A DNA stretch of 64,000 nucleotides, taken from the IMG/VR virus record IMGVR_UViG_3300030102_006934, positions 186,001 to 250,000 of that record. One strand, 5' to 3'. Below, piece by piece: positions 48,401-60,100 of the stretch. Under the pieces are notes generated by a model, which had not been told where the DNA came from, made no database searches, and saw only the letters and a list, made by a program, of their open reading frames with translations. The stretch's first letter is position 1; the number at the start of each line of letters is the position of its first letter. The position numbers and the translations under genes are program-made.

Positions 48401-50789
48401 TTCGGTTGGTAGAAAATACGGTTACTACCCTTACGTGGGGTCAATCAAAGATATTGGTACGCCTAAATCTGAAAATATAACTGAGGAAGAACTATCTAAA
48501 TTAGGGAGATGGATTACAGTTGCTAAAAGTGAGGATTACGCGGCCCAAGTTGATGAAGATGGGTTGCCTTTGGAAAGTGAACAATTAGACGGTACAGTAA
48601 TATCCGTGGGTACTCTATCTAATAAAGCTAAAGAAGATAGAAAAGTAGTGGTAACTTTATTTAGAAACCATGAGTATGTTGCACAAAATACAAAAGTTGA
48701 AGATGACCCATCTTTATCTTCTGAATTAGAATTAACTAGATTACCAATTCAACCCTTACCAGAAAGAATAGGACCAGAACCACCAGGAACACCCAAAACC
48801 ATCTTGATACCAGACGCGATAGATTTTCCTTCCGATTCCATCACCTTCTCACCAAACGGTGACTTGTTACAAGATGGATTACCAGTCATGGAATACCGTG
48901 AAGAACCTAAAAAAACTAGAAAACAAAGAAGGTTAGAAAAAAAGAAAAATAAAAACCAAGAGTACGAAAAAGAAGTTGTTACTTCGGCTGGTACAAAAAC
49001 TATAATGACAAAATACGGTGAAATAATAGAACTACCAACTACTGAAGCTTTATTGAAACAAAAAGCTGTAGAAGACCAGATTCGAACAACTGAAGAGATA
49101 GCTAGAAGAGCGGCAGATGGTGGTGTCTCTGAAAACGTAAACGATGATGAAATTAGTGAAAACCCTATTATCACTGAAAAAGTTGTTAAGAGAGTAGTTC
49201 AAAAATTATTTAGGGAGTGTGAATACTTTGAAAAAATAAAAGTATCAGATCCTTTTTTATATGAAACTATAGAAGAAAAAGTTAAATTTTTTCATCCAGC
49301 TTTTCATTCTATCACACCAGAGGGGTTAAATAGTAGGTTAACTTTCTTACAACAATGTATGAGACAAGGGCCAAGTTTAAGAGACTCAAACAATATTACA
49401 CAAAACATGGCTTTTGGTAAACCACCCGTTTTAGTACTAAGAATAGGTGATTTTTATTACACTAAAATAATACCAGATTCATTAAACATAAATTACGAAC
49501 CACTACAATGGGATATGAACCCTGAAGGTGTTGGTGTACAACCTATGATTGCCAAAGTAGATTTAAACTTTAGTATGGTGGGGGGCTCTAGTTTAGACGG
49601 ACCAATAAATAGATTACAAAACGCAGTATCTTTTAACTTTTTCGCCAATACTTCTGTTTATAACCCTAGAAGATATTATGATGGTAATATAGCTAATAGA
49701 AGTGCTTTCAGTACGATGGAAGAAAAACTAGAGGAAGATGCTAATAAAATAGAGTTGAATAATCAAAATATAGGATTTGGGGCTTTCAAAACACAAGACC
49801 AAGCCTCCTTAGAATTCTATGGTAAAGATACGGGTGGTCAACAAAGTAATGTTAAAACAGACGATAAAGATAAAGGTGATAAAAATGAAGATGAAGAAAT
49901 TAAAGCAACATTCTATTTTAATGATTTAGGGATATCACCTAAAGGAGCTTCAATACCAGAAGAACAAAAAATAAAAACTAATATTTTAATAGACCCTAAT
50001 CAACCAAATAAACCAATAGATGAAGCGTTATTAATGGGTACCACTGGTGAGGTTGAAGTTGAGGGTGTAGACCCAACAACTAGTGTTTTTTACGCTGGTG
50101 GATTTATGGGGACTGAATCTGACCAAGAAGAAATATCTAATATGTATCCAGGTTCAACCACACCACTAATAGAGTTAAGGTCAGATTTGTTTTATAGAGT
50201 TCAGTACAAAGAAGTGGTGGAACTACCATTGGGTGAAGAAGTTTTAACAGGTAATATAAACCCACAAGTTAATATTAATGAATCCAATATAAAAGCAAAA
50301 TACCCAGATGGGTCTGGTGGTATTTTATTAGATACAATAACATTCGGTATAACTAACGAGGGTAGAAAACAAGGTTGGTATGTATCCCCAAGAGTTGAGC
50401 TTAAAATGACTTATCCAGATGGTGAAGTTAAAACTCTACAAGATAAGGCTTATATTGTATCCACCACATCATCAATCGAAAGTTTAGGTAAACCATATAC
50501 TGATAATACGGTTATCACTACAGACGTAGCAATGGTATTAACTTTTGAAGTTCAAAGATACTACTTAGATTGGTTTGATTTAGATGGTTTTGAAAATGGT
50601 AATTACAAATTAGACATTACTTGGATATATGCTAGAGAAGTTACAGAAGAAACACAAGGAATAGACCCTACTAAAAACGTTGGTGACTTAGTGATTAAGG
50701 AGTATACAGAAAGTTTAGTATATGACTTGTATAGTGAAGATTATGTTGACACAACCCTAATAGGACCACAACCAAACCCAACACCTTAA
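45483..50789 (+). CDS. Baseplate/tube-initiator-like protein with inserted OmpA-like peptidoglycan-binding domain
   Basis: Tube-like halves FPPYDINFTD..ANWDS..LGRAEPVYTY and KPPVLVLRIGD..SLNINYE flank IKLEGFCS...YNQMLSIDR...DRKV. Confidence 0.6.
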   Translation: MPSINPENYNINSFNSQTLGPITVQDFRDYVLKHNLPGLDPVLASNGIDNYGLNIYAPLLFNPSDTVNDLPNLSEVAFIPSPINDNTSPRPDNKKRNLFTNEEPFIGSETEEEIFSVTTRSLEDPGSIDSWVEGAGFSTDVFSVRNFNNLTNNEYGPEYVETYNDPDQPLESTGYKQYPSDAGGDVIGPVIARSLGFSPENFINFPSPLQDTAKERRIEELTNRVKLNFVDDTVGRLNLDPLGLLAGQSIFLPDYTITKRKGILGKAAQFAASLGGFNWPRSPLKGGKNPDLGSNAFQADLLDFTGKAQRKILYKNVYSSKYTPELLTKGYDLENAGADTLSAGGAESLGEGKKTPNNYLKLNKKLNKDESTRERRVGNWLRDLTTKGDQTLQPDSDRLTTPSDPFVTMGVTGQYPSIDNLDPESTFVELDFITPPSYQYGDENYYPNKTTLKPSQEDSDSGLNSFTHTTPGTKNLFYWQNRDRSVAKRGLLDFTQKMINNTDANGYRGGAKFIGRFDSDSNLKDVQVDVGDGDVRNVPRSKDVSKGNLLRGADGDHYCRSWTTRNPYQNHYDLIRRSRLYRAGGGSDTGPFPGPYQSTLEDNGHVKIAPYSSDDFDIDADVTNARGIFNSGNDVKRYMFSIENLAWADATEKIALETCEIGPNGGRIMWFPPYDINFTDNTTANWDSTVFLGRAEPVYTYNHTERKGTLSWSIITDHPSVLNKLKSPLEGKILEFFAGCGVDVTKFYEEIKEEILRIEIPVIEDEDEDDDEDEVITPTPVIKKEPPVKKLSFYFRNAGPGDGSAKGRPGVGRTIEKEIAVNYDTGKFSSDGVGKNQISKTKTGDYLMLNENRWFTTEGDESKGIDALIDFLATEDGQEWSIKLEGFCSAASTDTYNQMLSIDRVQRVYEYMAKAVKERGETGGSGYTYIPENFKKAHFGYKCTDGTDDKRTSYRKQKDAELGMDSRKCAECFSVGRKYGYYPYVGSIKDIGTPKSENITEEELSKLGRWITVAKSEDYAAQVDEDGLPLESEQLDGTVISVGTLSNKAKEDRKVVVTLFRNHEYVAQNTKVEDDPSLSSELELTRLPIQPLPERIGPEPPGTPKTILIPDAIDFPSDSITFSPNGDLLQDGLPVMEYREEPKKTRKQRRLEKKKNKNQEYEKEVVTSAGTKTIMTKYGEIIELPTTEALLKQKAVEDQIRTTEEIARRAADGGVSENVNDDEISENPIITEKVVKRVVQKLFRECEYFEKIKVSDPFLYETIEEKVKFFHPAFHSITPEGLNSRLTFLQQCMRQGPSLRDSNNITQNMAFGKPPVLVLRIGDFYYTKIIPDSLNINYEPLQWDMNPEGVGVQPMIAKVDLNFSMVGGSSLDGPINRLQNAVSFNFFANTSVYNPRRYYDGNIANRSAFSTMEEKLEEDANKIELNNQNIGFGAFKTQDQASLEFYGKDTGGQQSNVKTDDKDKGDKNEDEEIKATFYFNDLGISPKGASIPEEQKIKTNILIDPNQPNKPIDEALLMGTTGEVEVEGVDPTTSVFYAGGFMGTESDQEEISNMYPGSTTPLIELRSDLFYRVQYKEVVELPLGEEVLTGNINPQVNINESNIKAKYPDGSGGILLDTITFGITNEGRKQGWYVSPRVELKMTYPDGEVKTLQDKAYIVSTTSSIESLGKPYTDNTVITTDVAMVLTFEVQRYYLDWFDLDGFENGNYKLDITWIYAREVTEETQGIDPTKNVGDLVIKEYTESLVYDLYSEDYVDTTLIGPQPNPTP

Positions 50790-50844
50790 ATAGTTTGTAA
50801 AAAAAGTTTACATTTGAGATATTTATCTAATAATTAAGTAAGAT

Positions 50845-51168
50845 ATGGGAACTAGTTATTTTGATAGGTACGGTAATTTTAAAAATAAGGATAAATTTAG
50901 TTTTATACCCTTTATAAAGTTATCAAAAAAACCAACAGATTTAAATATAAAATGGAAAGAAACCAAAAGACTAGATAAAGTTTCAAATGACGTTTATGGG
51001 TCACCCTTTTATGGGTGGTTAATATTACTAGCCAACCCAAAGTATGGTGGGTTGGAGTTTGATATTCCAGATGGTGTTTCACTAAGGATACCATTCCCAT
51101 TAATGGAAAGTTTACAAGACTACCAAAAAAAAGTAGATAATTATATTTTACAAAATGGCAGAGAGTAG
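50845..51168 (+). CDS. Baseplate wedge protein (gp53/LysM-like)
   Basis: RLDKVSNDVYGSPFYGWLILLANP...LRIP. Confidence 0.8.
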   Translation: MGTSYFDRYGNFKNKDKFSFIPFIKLSKKPTDLNIKWKETKRLDKVSNDVYGSPFYGWLILLANPKYGGLEFDIPDGVSLRIPFPLMESLQDYQKKVDNYILQNGRE

Positions 51169-54100
51169 TACACAGTTTGGTTGTAATGACTTAGCTAAAA
51201 ATGTTTCTGGTTGTGAGGAGAATGGTAACATAAGACTAATCAACCCAAACGCACAAATAGATGAGGAAGGTGTTAAAAATGAAGACCTAGTCATGTATGC
51301 GACATTAAGAGCTAGAGTAAAAAACAAAAGTTTATTATTAGACAAAGACGATGAGTTATGGAATGAATTGACTTTTATAAAAGCCAAGTCAAACGCTCCA
51401 GGCCAAGCCGCTGAAGGTTCTGCAAACGCTACACCAGAAAATACTAGTTTTTTAACCACTAATTGGACCGACATAGGTTCATCAGATATGTTATTTGAAA
51501 AAGATCATGAAACTTTTGGTATAACTAATATAAATGTGGATATACAGGCAGACTTTATACCAAAAATAAGTATAGATTTCGTAGATTTAAGAGGAGCCAC
51601 TTTATTTGAACAAGGATCTTGTTCACCTTATGCTAGTTTCTTTCACCAACCGTACCCAGTATTTGAGTTAGTACTTAAAGGTTATTATGGTAGTCCGATA
51701 AAATATCAGTTGATGGTCCAAGACTTTAAAACATCTTTTGATGCTAGTACTGGTAATTACGTTTCTAAAGCTGAAATGATAGGTTTTAACTACGCCTTCT
51801 TAGGTGATATTATGTTAGCTTACGTTTTAGCTGTACCCTATATAGAAGGGTCAGATGAGATACTAACATCAATATACCAAGACTATTTAAATTATTATAA
51901 AGAAAGAGGTTTTAATGAGGGTAGGAATAAATTCGAACCCTTAAGTGCTGATGATAACTCACCATTAACACTTTATAATTACGTAAGAAAATTACAAGAA
52001 CTAGAAGGCCAAGGTAATTCAGACAAAGGACCTATTGCAGAAATACAAAGTTCATCTGAGTTATTTACCATAGAAAACCTAGATAAGTTCCAAGAGATAT
52101 TAAATGATATTGATGAATTTATAGATAAAGATTTTGATGAGTCTTGGAAAAAAAAGGGTGGTAAGAATGTAAATAATTTATATTACTATGGTGATGGTTC
52201 AGTTGGTGATACTGGTGTAAACACTGATAATTTATTGGACGTTTATAGTAATTTTTTTGGTTCGGTTGGTAAGATAACCACCTCAATAGCTGTTTATAAT
52301 GATTTAGTCGGTGATTCTGGTTCTTCATCTTTAACACCAATAATATCAAACCCAAAAGTAGAAAAAACATCTACTTACTTGTTAAGTTTAGATTTAGAAG
52401 GTCTAAAGAATGAAATGAATAATAAGTTGGATGAAATTTCTTTGGACTTAAAGACTAAAAGAAAAGAATTTATAGATTTAGCTAATGCTAAAATAAAGTC
52501 TTCCGTAGGTTTCGTACCCACTATAAGAAGTTTTTTTACTACTTTAATCGCTAACACAGAATTATTTTTAGAACTACTTAGGACCACGTCTTACGATGCA
52601 GAACAATATCATCAAAAAAACAAAGATTCTGATAAAATAAGGTTTAAAAATGAGGAGGACGTTCCAGTATCGGATATTGTTTATGCTTGGCCTACATATA
52701 CAGAAATAAGACAAAGTGGGACTAGAGATGAAACGGAAGTAGAAGTTTACCCAGGAACTAACCCAAAGTTCCAAAATTGGCCTGAAGTAATATTCGTAGA
52801 AAACCTATTAAAAGCTCTCACTGAAATGAACAGAAAGTTACAAGAAGGTGATGGAGAGGAAGTTAATCCAGAAGTAGATCCATATGATGGTATACCAGGT
52901 AGAGATAACTATTTCCCAGTCAATGCCATGGAAACACCTCTAGGTGCTAGAGACGCTAATAATAGTTATTATAACCTAAACTCAAAAGATGCTGTCATAA
53001 GGTCTTTGGGTGAAAGATTTATACTATACAGTAATGTTACAGGTGTTAACTCTAATTTTTTAAATACATCGGTGATAGCTTCAGCTAAAAATAGTTTTAA
53101 CGAAACACTATTATTAAGGGGTAAATATGCTATACAACCCGTAGAATTTAACTTAAATAAATCCTTTAATCCCTCTAAAAAATATCAGATATTTCCAGGT
53201 ATAGAAAAATTAAATAACGGCGTTTTAACACCTTATTTTAGTGCTGGACATTATTTTAAACCTAAAAAGTTTGGTGGTGAAGATTTAAACATTAATACAA
53301 ATCTAACTTATAGCCAAAACTATAAAAAAATAGGTGGTATCAAAGGTTACCCATATATAGATGATAGAAAATTCTTCGGAAACTACGTAAGTCCTATGGG
53401 TTTACCTTTATCTAGAGAAGCTAGTGAAACTGAAGATACTTATAACAATGATTGGAATAATATTGGTTATTTAATGGAAGGTGATGGTGAGGTTAAAAGT
53501 AGTAATAACCTAACTTACGAAGAATTAACACCATCATCTGAATTACGTACACATGTAATTAGTTTCAAAATACCTAAAATAACCCAAACAGATTTTAGAA
53601 CAAAATTTGAAAAAAGTTTTAAATATGAGGGTAATTTAGGTAATAAAAAAAGTTTTACTAACGATGAAAATGTGGTTGTTCTAGAACCACTTTATTACAC
53701 TAAAAAAATGGTAATAATATTTGTTGATAAGAATACCACAAAACCAGGTTACAGTATTGAAAATCACATATCACAGGTACCAAAAAATGTTAGAGACAAA
53801 GCGTGGATTATATTATGTACTAATTATGTTGGTTACGATTATAAGGGTAAAAATAAATCTGCTAGAGCAGAGTTTTTAAGTAATTATCTTGAGACTGACA
53901 ATTATCTACAACTAGTAAACATAGTTGTAGAAATACTTTATAAAGCAAAAGGAAACCCAACCCGAAAGCTGACTTCAGAAGAAATAGACTTATCATCAGG
54001 TATAGATTCATTTTTTGATATAACCTTATTAGGGTATGGATCTGGTTCTCTTGAAGCCTTTTTATATGGAGACACCCAAGAAACTTTAGACAATGTAGAA

Positions 54101-57100
54101 ATAGTTGGTTTAGCTGACCCTAATCTATTTGGTGTTTCTGGGACAAGTTATGCTGATATAAGTGGAGACCTTACTATAATTAATGAATTTGGAGTTGCCA
54201 ACCGTTTTGAAAAACAAACATTAGAAACAGTAAAACAACATTTAAATTTTCCACAAAAAGGGTTTAGAATGGTTTGGGGTAGTGATACCCAAGTAAATGT
54301 ATTTGGGGGTGATGAAACACCCAATCAGTACCAAAAATTAGAAAATTATATAAAAAATACTTCATCTACGGGTAAGTCTGGAAAATCTTCTAAAATAAGT
54401 GGATTAAATAAAAGTGAGGCGCTGAAATCTTGGTTTGAAAATTACGGTGAAGAAATAGTGGAAGATATACAAAAAACAGACACTTTACTGTTCCCTTCCG
54501 AAACCACTGTTTCAAAATCAAAACCTAGTTCAGAAAACAACTTTGAAGTTGGTAGAGAATTTATACCAGAAAAAGAATTTGCAATTTGGGCAGGCCTCGG
54601 TTTAACCGAAAGACTATCAAAAAATTGGGAGTATCTAGGTAAATTAGAGGCACACAATATGTATAACTCTTTAAGTAATCAAAATTTAATTGGTAATTTA
54701 CTCAGTTCTCTAGATAACGTTAAGGAATTACATAAACAAATAATAGAGAAATTAGGTATCACCACATCAGACATATATGACAACAATTACTACAATCAAT
54801 TATATAGATATAACAAACCAATTACGATAAATAGAGTTTCAAAAGAAAAGGGTGGTGCTATAAAAGTTCTACCTAATATTCATGACATGAAAGGATCTGA
54901 CTTAGTTAGGCTAACTAGGTTTGACAACATAGCTGGTTCAGGTTGGGATTTCGGTAAGGAATCACCTGTCTATTTTTGGTATAAAAATGCATCTGGTAGA
55001 AGAGGTTTCGGTATCGACCCAGAATCTACTTTTATCACGTCTAGTGTTTTCGAAGATTTAAATAAATATTATGGGTCAGAACCTAAAGGTGATAATAAGT
55101 TAGATGTTAGTAAAAATAGCACACAATACGTGGATGGTTTGTTAGCTAGAGATTTTAATATAAGAGAAGGTACACAAACATTAATGCATAGGTATTCTAA
55201 GGGTATGGCCAGAACAGGTTTATTCAATACAGAGGGCACCTTTTTAACAAACGGTTCTAGAGCTGGTATAGATGGTTCTGTTGACAATTTCGGTGAACCC
55301 ATGATAAACACGTTTACACAAACAAATAATACTATTAGGGATAAATTATTAAGTTTGGACGTATGGCCTAATAATAACTTTTCTTATAGTAGTTTTGACA
55401 ATATAGGTGGTAGATTTTTGAAAATAGGTGGTGAGTTTACTAGAAAATACATGAAAACACCGAGTGAATTCACACTTACTACTACTGGTGATAACCACAA
55501 ACCCACAAATGTAAGAGCTAAAAAATCTGGGTTAAACCCTTTAGGAACCACCAATATAACTTGGAATACACTAAATTTAAATACACCAATATATGAAACA
55601 TACACCTCAGAGTCGGCTAAATTAAGAGATAGTTTAGGTAAAGATGAGGATTCTAGTCCAAATTGGAGGAATTATAGAGCATCCGTATTATCTTACAGTA
55701 ATTGGGCCAGCAGTGAAATAACTAAAGTGGAAGAAGCAAAAGAATCTGCTAATGCTGAAGGTAATAATGATAAATTAAAGGTATCTTCTGGTTTTGGTTT
55801 AAACGCTTCTCTTTCACCATTCTTTAATGCACCCATGAGTAGAAAACTAGAAAATTTAAATTTCTTTAATCAAGGTGCTACCATAACTGAGTCACCGTGG
55901 TGGAGACACAATATGCCATCTAATCAATCAGGTTCAAATTATTGGAGTGATAATAAAACTTATTACTCATTCTTTGGGGCTGGTGTATTCAATGAAGTAG
56001 AAGGTGATGATTTTGTTAATAACGCAAACGATGGTAGTACCTATAATAGACAACCTTCTGTAACCAATAAACTTAAAGGTGATGGTGATAGTGGTGGACA
56101 AGCAAAGTTTATCAGTAAGGCACCTCTTTTTGTTGGTATTGGTAATGACTTAGATAGTTACAACACTACTTCTAAATTTTTTCCATCTGGTAATGGGTCT
56201 CAATTTAATTATTTTGGTACATTGGGAACATCTGAAGATAAAATATATAAGGTAGAAAATGGTGATAATGGTTTTGTTGACCAAGGTACTTTAAGTCCAG
56301 TCGCTCAACAAAATTACTATGGCAGTTCCGTTGACTGGTCAGTAAAACTAAATAGAAAAAATCAATATTTAGGTAGAAAATACCAATTAACAAATCATAA
56401 CAAAGATGATTTTAGTATCACAAGAGATTCAAACTCTGGAACTTTTGGTGCAGATGGAGAAATAGATTTAGGTAATATAACGGTAGACCCAAACTTAACT
56501 AGTTATAATAAAACTAAAGCTTGGAAAGGGTCTTTAGCTTATTTATTCCTATCCAACCAATTCCACAAACCATGGACAGGTTTATACACTAATACTAATA
56601 AAAATTTAGGACCCCAAGGTTATTTTGGGATGGCATCTTTCAACGCTCAAATGCCTAGACATTCCGTATTAATGTTAGGAGCAGTATTATGGAGAATGAG
56701 AGAGTCAGGATTATTAGAATCTGATGATAATAAATGGAATTTACCACCAGAAATAACAAATGGTTTAGACCCAGTTAATTACCCTATAACACCTAACAAG
56801 CTTGATTTAGCATATAGTAATACCAGTATAGGTATAGACACTAAACAATTTTTATTGAGATCAATAAATAAGAACAGTTCCATAACCACAGAAGAATATG
56901 TGGATGCAATAAACACAGAATTAAATCCATTAGATTCTGTTTGGCCAACAAATCATAATGTCAGACCACCACAGATATCTCTAGTATCCAATCCAAGTGG
57001 TGATAATAACGGAGGTTATTTATTTGGAAATAATAAATTCATGACCTTCCCTAGAGCTGATGAGTGGCCAGTACCTAATTTAGGTATGATTGGAGCCTAT

Positions 57101-60100
57101 GATTTTTTCGCTGACAAAAAGGCTAAAAATCCATTTAAAAATCAATACAGAATATTTACTCCAATATTAGCTAATTCAGGCATGAACGCTTTAAGGTATA
57201 ACACACAAGATTTTAGGTTTAGAAACACCCAAAAACAGGTAGACGCATTTAAACAACAAATCTTAGAAGTATTAAAAGCACAAGAATCAGAATTGAACGC
57301 TGTGGCAAATGAAGCTGCAGATAATACAGCACATAATGCTAGGGTAGCTGGTCAAACTGACGAAGCTGCAGAAGCCGCAGGACAATCACAGGTTAAAAAA
57401 GCTGAAGAATTATTAAATGAGGTTAAAGAGAAAGCTGATAAGAAAGCTTTAGAAGCTGCTGTTGTGACAATGGATAGTATATTAAAAAAGATACCTAATT
57501 TAGCTGGAACTGAAGAAAGTTTTACTAGATTAACCTCTTTAGTTTTCGAGGGTAGAGAATTTATTAATGGTGCACTACTCAATACCGTAGATAATAGTAT
57601 ACTTGAACAAGATATATACCTAAAAAATGATACTATTAAAAGAATTATAGATCCATCTTTTGGTGTTGAAATCGCTGATTTCAGTACTATGACTTATTTT
57701 AGGATGGATCAAGTGGATGATGGTAGAAGTTCATTATGGAAACAAACCGATGATGTGGCAGCTTACAACGAAAGTTCTTCAGCTTTTCCTACAATTCGTA
57801 ATCTATATAAGTCTAATGAAGGAATCAACACACAGATTAATGGTGAAGAGGAGGCAATTGTCGCCAAATTAGCTGGTGCTGAAGTACCGAGTACACAAAA
57901 TGTTATTAAAACGGTTATAGATACACCAATGGAATTGTTAAATATTACAGAAAATGGTGTATTCATTAGGCAGGTTGAGGGTCAGTTAATAAAAGCTTCA
58001 GTAATTAATATAGAGGAGGTTATTGGTACTGAAAAAACCGTTATATATAGAACTTACGAAGGTAAGGCTACTTTTGATTTATACGCCAATAGAACGGGTG
58101 AACTACTAAAAAAAGGTGAAACAGATACACCCTACTTTCTAACCCAAGATTTACTAGATTCAGACGGAGATGTTTTGTATGAAGCTGGTACAGGGTATAA
58201 GGAATGGCCTATAACAGAAGGTGAAGTAAATATAACACAAGATAGTGAAAACAAGTGGAAATTAGTAACCCCAAGAGTATTAGAAATACAAGGATATACC
58301 CCAGTTAGTGGTTCTAGAAAATTAACCAATGAATTTGATCAAAAAAGATACATTGGTAAAAGCTCAAATATAAAAATGCCAAATGGTGTATCAGTCCCTG
58401 GGGGTAATACTTATATTGGTGATAGAAGTATAGAAGCACAATTGAATATATGGCGAGACAATTCTTGGGGTATTGATTGGATTGAAAGTGATGGCTCTCC
58501 AAATGGTAGTTCAGAGACGGTGAGGTCGGGTTACCATAAATATAGTGGATATTATAAAGTATTTACAGATGGATCTTATGTGGTTTACAAGTCGGGTAAA
58601 GTAAGAGCAGTTGGTTCCTCCGATTTTGATGGTGTAACTATTAAAGCCACTAAATCTAGAGCTTTAAAGTTAACATTAGAAGGTTTAACTTCGGGGGAAA
58701 AGACTTTATTAAATTTAGAGACAGCTTATGCTTATGGTGATAATGACGATGCAGTAGATACAGTAGATTTAGTAAAAAGTGAGCTTACTTTATTAAATGA
58801 CCCAGAAATAGACCAAGATACTTATAAAGATTCTTTAACAAGAAGGATACAAAGAAGAAGTTCTTATAGGGGGTATCTAAGGGGTTACCTACCTATGGGA
58901 CCAGAAATATGGTTTATGCCCACAGAAGTTAAAAAAATATTTATAAAAGAGTTTGAAGATTATGTGGGTGACATGAATAATTGGGTAGACCCAAACGAAT
59001 CAACCGATAATTTTGATTACGCATTACAAACTATAGACCCATTAAACTTCCCAAGATACGAGAATAATAATAAATTCGGTGTTTTTAAAAATGAAATCAT
59101 ATACCCAACAGCTTTTGAGGAGATAGGGACAGTTGGAACTGACGCTCCATCAGTATTGAGGTTAAGTACAAATAAGATAAGAGAAGCTTATGGTGATGGT
59201 TTAGATTTAACCAAAGATAAAATGCCTTTAATCCCTCAACCACTATTAGATTTTTATAATTTATTCGAAATTAATAAGGCAACAATACCAATAAATCAAT
59301 TACGAAAATACAGTAAATTCCAAACCCAAATAACAAGAGATTTTAATAAAGGAGATACTCCTGAAATATACCCTTTTATTGAACAAAGAACTAAATCATT
59401 TGATTCCAAAGGATTACCAGCAAATTCAAAGTTAAATGATGTATATAACTCTTTGTTTGGATCTTATTATTTTGTAACATCTACCACCCCTAGAACTTTT
59501 AGTGGTGAGTTTCCACTACAGGAAATAGATGGCGAAATGGTAGAAACCACACATGATTATTTTACCTTTAATAAAAGAGAAATGTTTGCCTTCTTAAAGG
59601 GGTTCGTCAAAGAATTGTCGTCACCAGAAATAAAAGGAGCTTTCGAGCAGTCTTTAAAAGATGATTATATGAACGAAATACAAGGTGAAGTATTAGGTGC
59701 TGGACAAGATGATGATATTAGACTATCTATTTATAGGTCACTTAAAACATTATATGATAAATATATTTCAGGTTCTGCCGCGGGACAATCAAGTGGAAAG
59801 GGTGAAGATAAAACAAGAATGTTTTACAACCCAATAGGTAGGAATAGATTATTTATCGATCATTTTGTTTTTGTTAATAGAGTGAATGCTGACATTGGGG
59901 ACGTAGCTTTAGTTAAATTAGAAACAGTGAACAACCTTTTCCAAAATACACAAAATAGTATTTTCGAAATTTCATCAGATGTTTTAAGTAGTAGTAATTT
60001 TATATTTTTACCTTTACCTGGTTACGTAGATTTAAGTGCTGGTTTAACTAAAACTAATGTCGATAGAAATACTGAATTTCCTAACTTTGTGGCTGAACAA

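Larger units (their letters stand above)
342..50826. promoter_or_regulatory. Recurrent putative late promoter TATTTAT(A), 18 sites
   Basis: Plus strand at 342, 6351, 6652, 11615, 15372, 20317, 20731, 23027, 25288, 28200, 30396, 34929, 37337, 39893, 40945, 45459, 50820; minus strand at 15337-15330. All but 6652 lie within about 45 nt of a start codon. Confidence 0.8.
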
